A stretch of DNA of 64,000 nucleotides, taken from assembly GCA_947037025.1 (NCBI GenBank), contig CAMQSU010000001.1:111522-175521 (forward strand). Direction: 5' to 3'. Made by a program: the position numbers and the translations under genes. The DNA comes from an uncultured Clostridia bacterium. Its GTDB lineage: Bacteria > Bacillota > Clostridia > Christensenellales > UBA3700. The notes under the pieces were generated by a model, which did no database searches, was not told the origin of the DNA, and saw only the letters and a program-made list of their open reading frames with translations. Shown here in pieces: positions 59,553-64,000 of this stretch (position 1 is the stretch's first letter; the number at the start of each line of letters is the position of its first letter).

Positions 59553-60510
59553 TAATTCAGAAATGATTGTAATACTATGTAGTAGATTATGTATGGGCGA
59601 ATCAATAAAGCCGTTAGAGTCGGCAGAATGGAGTAAGTTTGCATTACGTATTAGGGATTCAGGGCTTGAACCGAAAAATTTGTCTGATTTTTCTAAAGAT
59701 GAGTTAGTTAAGAAGTTGTTAATAAAAGATGAATTTGCTCAAAGAATTTTAGATTTAATAGGTAGGTCTGTAAGTTTATTTATTGAGCTTGAGAGATATT
59801 TTAATATTGGTATCAAAATCGTAACTAGAGCTGATAAAGCGTATCCAAATAAATTATCAAGAAATTTAGGAAATAGCAAGCCACCATTTTTTTATTACGC
59901 AGGCGATATAAATATTTGTGACGATGAGTCAATTGGATTTGTTGGATCTAGGAATATATCAGAAACCGATATCAGTAATGTGCAAGAGTTGGTAAATAAA
60001 GCAAATAAGTTAGGATATACTATTGTATCTGGTGGTGCAAAAGGTGTAGATTCAATTGCGACTAATCAATCATTATTAAATGGTAGTGCTGTTGTTGAAT
60101 TCGTTGCTGACTCGATGATTAAGAAGATAAAAGTAGCTAATTATAGTAAAGCAATAAGAGATGGTCGGTTAGTAGTACTTTCTGCAGTTAATCCTGATGG
60201 AGGATTTAATGTTGGTAATGCTATGAGTAGAAATAAGTTTATTTATACTAGTTCAAAGGCTACAATAGTTGTAAAAACTGACTACAATAAAGGCGGAACA
60301 TGGGCGGGTGCAATTGAGAATATGCGACAAAAGTGGAGTCCAGTATATTGTGTAGAAAATAATCGATATGAAGGTAATAGGGCGTTGATTTCACAAGGAG
60401 CAATAGCCATTAATACTGAATGGGATTTTAATATTGAAAAGAAAGATAAAGTTGAACGAATTCAAGAAATTAGCATTTTTGAATTGTTGAATAGTAATAA
60501 TAAAGTATAG
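59545..60510 (+). CDS. DprA/Smf-like (SLOG/Rossmann) protein
   Basis: It has VTRADKAYPNKL...PPFFYYAGD...IGFVGSRNIS...GYTIVSGGAKGVDSIA...MSRNKFIY...GGTWAGA, which is the DprA core pattern. It overlaps the RecQ-PRTase gene by 8 nt. Confidence 0.75.
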   Translation: MNSNSEMIVILCSRLCMGESIKPLESAEWSKFALRIRDSGLEPKNLSDFSKDELVKKLLIKDEFAQRILDLIGRSVSLFIELERYFNIGIKIVTRADKAYPNKLSRNLGNSKPPFFYYAGDINICDDESIGFVGSRNISETDISNVQELVNKANKLGYTIVSGGAKGVDSIATNQSLLNGSAVVEFVADSMIKKIKVANYSKAIRDGRLVVLSAVNPDGGFNVGNAMSRNKFIYTSSKATIVVKTDYNKGGTWAGAIENMRQKWSPVYCVENNRYEGNRALISQGAIAINTEWDFNIEKKDKVERIQEISIFELLNSNNKV

Positions 60511-60559
60511 TGATAGAAAAAATTATTTTAGACGTAATCATTATTCTTAATATCAGCAT

Positions 60560-60586
60560 GCAAGGATGTTATTCATCCTTGCATTT
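60560..60586 (+). terminator. terminator-like hairpin after the dprA-like gene
   Basis: GCAAGGATG (60560-60568) pairs with CATCCTTGC (60574-60582), followed by ATTTT. Confidence 0.6.
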
Positions 60587-60762
60587 TGCATGTTCAATGT
60601 GTTATATAGTAGAATTGCGAACCTAAAATTTAAAAATTTGCAAAATTATGCCATTTAACTGCAATTGATGTTGTTAATATTATTTTTCTGTCAAAATTAA
60701 TGAATTATATGGTATAATATGGGAAAAGATTAATAAATAATATTTATAAATAAGGAGGGTGT

Positions 60763-61473
60763 ATGACTGCAATACCCAATCAAAGAGAATATTTAGCTAA
60801 AGGTGAGAAATTTAAAAATCATGTTAAAGAGTTCGATAAATATCTTAGAACCGACGAGTGCATTATTGTACATATAGATGGGGTCGATTTTACGAGTGGA
60901 TATTATAAAAAATTGAAGGTTCCATATGATTACAATTGCTTTAAAGCCATATGTAATACTGCGGTTAAACTATGTGGTGAAATAAAAAGTGCACGACTTT
61001 GTTATGTAGCGAATGATGAAATAGTAGTAATACTAGATGGGGCTGAAATCAAGGAGAACTTTCACAATAGAATACAGAAAATATCATCTATATTGGCTAG
61101 TATGTGCTCTGTATATTTTATTGCTGAATTAGAAAACATCATAGCTTCAGAATTTCCACATAATAAGGGATATGCAGTGCTGAAGGATAATGCTGTTTTT
61201 GCTGCAAAATGTTTTAATTTGGAGAAGCATTATATTAATGAATATTTTCAATGGAGACAATATGGATGTAAAAAATCTATTTTTGATAAAAGATTGAATT
61301 ATGATGGTCAGGATGAGTGGGTGAAAAATGGCGCTGTTGTACTTCATAGTGAGGATAATTGGGTATGCAGAACTGATGTTGATTTAACTAAACATAAGCT
61401 TGTTAGATCACCGCAAAATAAGTTTTATTTTCCTATAGAAGTAAAATTGGATAAAAACATGGGGGCGAAGTGA
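60763..61473 (+). CDS. Thg1-like protein (tRNA-His guanylyltransferase family 3'-5' nucleotidyltransferase)
   Basis: Blocks align by eye to eukaryotic Thg1 as I recall it. IIVHIDGVDF matches VVVRLDGRNF. CYVANDEIVVIL matches AYGQSDEYSFVF. NRIQKISSILAS matches RRASKFMTHVAS. YFQWRQYGCKKS matches YLSWRQADCHIN. The metal-binding acidic residues are conserved. Confidence 0.75.
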   Translation: MTAIPNQREYLAKGEKFKNHVKEFDKYLRTDECIIVHIDGVDFTSGYYKKLKVPYDYNCFKAICNTAVKLCGEIKSARLCYVANDEIVVILDGAEIKENFHNRIQKISSILASMCSVYFIAELENIIASEFPHNKGYAVLKDNAVFAAKCFNLEKHYINEYFQWRQYGCKKSIFDKRLNYDGQDEWVKNGAVVLHSEDNWVCRTDVDLTKHKLVRSPQNKFYFPIEVKLDKNMGAK

Positions 61474-61476
61474 AAT

Positions 61477-62427
61477 ATGGATATTAATAAGACTATAAAT
61501 ACAAAATATTTAGAAGAATGCTTCCGCTTGGTTGATACTCTAGAGTTAGGGAGCAGTAAGGACTATAAACAAACCGTAAATTTATTTGTATTGAATAATG
61601 TCAATGATAAATTTGATTATCAATGTTTGAAGTCATTAATTAGAAATAACTTAGCCAACTATGTTTTCAATAGACGTAAGATAGATGATTATATAAAAGA
61701 TGGTACAGTTGTAGAATCCGGATTTGACGCAAGGGATAAACTAGTTGAAATAAGCGAAAATGCCTTAGATAAGGAAAATTTTGGAGCTGGCGGCGAATTA
61801 GGTGAGATACTATTGTATATATTTTTGGAAGGTTTTTGCGGTAGTAAAAAACTTCTATCTAAAGTCGAAATCAAAACTAATAATAAAGATTATGTTAAGG
61901 GATTTGATGGAGTTCATTTTAACATAAAAAAAACATTAGATGGGGAAGTTTATCAAATAATTTTTGGTGAATCTAAAATTGTAACTAATCTTAATAAAGC
62001 CATTTCGGAAGCGTTTGATTCTCTGATAGGCTGCTATGAGAATAAGGCAACTGAATTTTCTTTGTTAGATGAGAGCATTATGAATGAGTTCGCTGTTGAC
62101 AATGAAACCGTGGAGATGTTAAAAAAAATTCTAATTCCTAAATATCAAAGTGCAAATTGTTTATGTGAAGTTGAGCATGCTTTTGGTATTTTTATTGGTT
62201 ATACAATTCAATATAGCGAAGATAATAGGAATCTGCATAAAAAGGCAATGATTGATACTCAAATTAAAAGTGATATTGAGAAAGTGAAGGTAGTAATAGC
62301 GAATAAGATAGCAAAAACCTACCATGGCAATAACTCTGATTATTATATATATATCATGCCTTTTAATGATGCAAAAGTTGACAAAAAAGAAATCATGGAA
62401 TATATTGCTGGTAGGAGGATGAATTAA
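61477..62427 (+). CDS. hamA: Hachiman HamA-like protein (DUF1837, PD-(D/E)xK nuclease fold)
   Basis: It has GELGEILLYIFLE...LSKVEIKT...KGFDGVHF...IFGESKI (a D...ExK core). It starts 3 nt after the Thg1-like stop and is followed immediately by an SF2 helicase. Confidence 0.7.
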   Translation: MDINKTINTKYLEECFRLVDTLELGSSKDYKQTVNLFVLNNVNDKFDYQCLKSLIRNNLANYVFNRRKIDDYIKDGTVVESGFDARDKLVEISENALDKENFGAGGELGEILLYIFLEGFCGSKKLLSKVEIKTNNKDYVKGFDGVHFNIKKTLDGEVYQIIFGESKIVTNLNKAISEAFDSLIGCYENKATEFSLLDESIMNEFAVDNETVEMLKKILIPKYQSANCLCEVEHAFGIFIGYTIQYSEDNRNLHKKAMIDTQIKSDIEKVKVVIANKIAKTYHGNNSDYYIYIMPFNDAKVDKKEIMEYIAGRRMN

Positions 62428-62428
62428 A

Positions 62429-64000
62429 TTGAAATTATCATTTGGGGATGTCTTATTAAATGAGATAGAGAATAATTTATATTTCAAATCATTGTATAAT
62501 GAAGTACTAAGTTTATATGGGGACAAAATAATTAATGGAACACTAAATAATAGTTTTAGTGATGATAAAATCAATGATATCTTAAGATTTGCAGATATTT
62601 TATCGAAATCAAATGTCACAAATAAATTGAGTTTTCATAGGAATTTAGCTCAAGATATTGTGATAATAATGTCGGTTGTATTTGCACATGATAAAAACAT
62701 ACATGAAAAAGTTAGTTTTTACGAAAAAAATATTTTTAGCACTGTATCCAATTACTCGGGATTTAGCAAGGTTAAGGGGGGCGATAAAGTGGCGAATAAT
62801 GCTGATTACTTTTCCGACTTTGCTAATAATATAAAAAAAGAGTTTAATAGAGTTGACGGAAGTCAGGATGTTTTTTATTTCGATTCTCAAAAAAAAGCCT
62901 TGAATATGATGGAAAATATGCAATACTATAGTTTTTCTGCACCAACTTCAATGGGAAAAACATTTATAATTAAAAATTTCTTAAAAAATAAAATTTTAGA
63001 TAGTAATTGCAGATGTATAGTATTAATTTTGCCGACTAAAGCACTTATAAATGAGTTGGAAGAAGACCTAATTCTAGAGAGCTGCACAGAGTTGAACTTG
63101 CATAATTTCGTCGTGCTAACAATTCCAACACAAATTAAGTTGTTTGCAGCAGAGCGAAAAATATTGTTGTTTACGCCTGAAAGAATGTTACAGGCATTAA
63201 ATGATGAATCAATTAAAGATATTGATTACTTTTTTGTCGATGAATCACAGAAAATTTTCGAGTCAGATGAAAGAGCGCCTTTGTATTATAAGCTGCTGGA
63301 AAAAGTCAATGCTACAATGCCGTTAACTAAAATAATATTTTCCTCTCCATACACTGAAAATCCTGAAATACTTTTGGAATTGATTAATAGTCCATATATT
63401 CAAAATAAGAAAGAATTAGCCGGATCTGACAAGTTTGATTTTACGCCAGTAGCACAGAAGCAATTTTTGATTGATGTTCACAATAATAAAGTTAAAGTAT
63501 ATAGTCAATTAGCAAGTGATTTTGTAAATATTACTTGTAACTCTAAAATTACTTGGACTGGCTTGATTGCAGAACAAACAAATTCAGGTCCTAGTATTGT
63601 TTATTGCAAATCAAAAGCTGATGTCTTAAAGTATGCGAATGAATATTCTAATCTTATAAAAGAACACGAAACCCTAGACAGTGAAATACTAAACTTGATT
63701 CATCTTGTTGAAACAGAAATAAATCCAGACTATTATTTAATTCCCTTATTGAAGAAAGGTATTGCTTTTCATATGGGTATTATGCCTTCACAAGTGAGAA
63801 AAAAAGTTGAAAATCTAATGAAAAATGGAGTTTTAAAAGTTGTATTTTGCACTTCAACGCTTCTTGAAGGCGTAAACTTGCCAGCAGTTAATATTTTTGT
63901 CCTATCACAAAAAAAGGGACATGGTAAATTAAGTGTACTAGAGTTCAAGAATTTAATCGGTAGAGCTGGAAGAATTAAATATAATTTATGGGGTAATGCT
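62429..64000 (+). CDS. hamB: Hachiman HamB-like SF2 (Ski2-like) helicase, 5' part; the CDS runs off the window
   Basis: This ORF is not in the supplied track because it is open to the window end. The TTG start at 62429 lies 10 nt after AGGAGG. My translation has no stops through nt 64000. Motif I is SAPTSMGKTF, motif II is FVDESQ, and FHMGIM is also present. Motif V is CTSTLLEGVNLPA and motif VI is IGRAGR. Confidence 0.75.
   Translation, partial: MKLSFGDVLLNEIENNLYFKSLYNEVLSLYGDKIINGTLNNSFSDDKINDILRFADILSKSNVTNKLSFHRNLAQDIVIIMSVVFAHDKNIHEKVSFYEKNIFSTVSNYSGFSKVKGGDKVANNADYFSDFANNIKKEFNRVDGSQDVFYFDSQKKALNMMENMQYYSFSAPTSMGKTFIIKNFLKNKILDSNCRCIVLILPTKALINELEEDLILESCTELNLHNFVVLTIPTQIKLFAAERKILLFTPERMLQALNDESIKDIDYFFVDESQKIFESDERAPLYYKLLEKVNATMPLTKIIFSSPYTENPEILLELINSPYIQNKKELAGSDKFDFTPVAQKQFLIDVHNNKVKVYSQLASDFVNITCNSKITWTGLIAEQTNSGPSIVYCKSKADVLKYANEYSNLIKEHETLDSEILNLIHLVETEINPDYYLIPLLKKGIAFHMGIMPSQVRKKVENLMKNGVLKVVFCTSTLLEGVNLPAVNIFVLSQKKGHGKLSVLEFKNLIGRAGRIKYNLWGNA

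Overview
This is a 64-kb chromosomal window from a low-GC Bacillota genome (Clostridia-like, probably from a spore-forming lineage) using the standard genetic code. All calls come from reading the sequence and ORF translations by eye; no searches were run. Nt 1-43,300 is core housekeeping with classic Firmicute synteny. It holds a capD-like sugar dehydratase, Fe-ADH, gpsA, glyQS, an ECF S-component-like gene next to coaX, hom and guaA. It also holds lepA-hemW-hrcA-grpE-dnaK-dnaJ (with promoter and CIRCE), a ~270-nt Bacillus-type SRP RNA, a cwlD-like amidase, typA, two flavoproteins, hemolysin-III, ferredoxin, greA-lysS and two SHOCT membrane paralogs. ecfA1-ecfA2-ecfT-truA-rplM-rpsI sits on the minus strand. 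Intergenic spacers are unusually long and AT-rich. The tmRNA gene (43,361-43,707) marks the switch to accessory DNA. First comes a ~4.6-kb islet with a membrane protein, an IS3 transposase and a BspA-like LRR lipoprotein. The islet is bounded by a diverged second copy of the tmRNA 3' end and terminator, and by clusters of a GACTTTAGGT direct repeat. It is followed by a >15-kb defence island, entirely on the + strand. The island contains a DSR2-like SIR2 protein, a DUF4062/TIR-like protein, and a type IIS-like R-M pair (double Dam-type methylase plus a candidate AlwI-like nuclease). It also contains a RecQ-PRTase fusion with a DprA-like partner (ShosTA-like logic), and a Thg1-like 3'-5' nucleotidyltransferase tightly linked to a Hachiman hamA-hamB pair; hamB runs off the window. 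These last two modules are the best candidates for undescribed biology. Other oddities are a guaA whose glutaminase catalytic core is deleted in frame, a grpE with a Cys-rich 12-aa x3 N-terminal repeat, and a 97-aa Cys/Gly-rich small protein.
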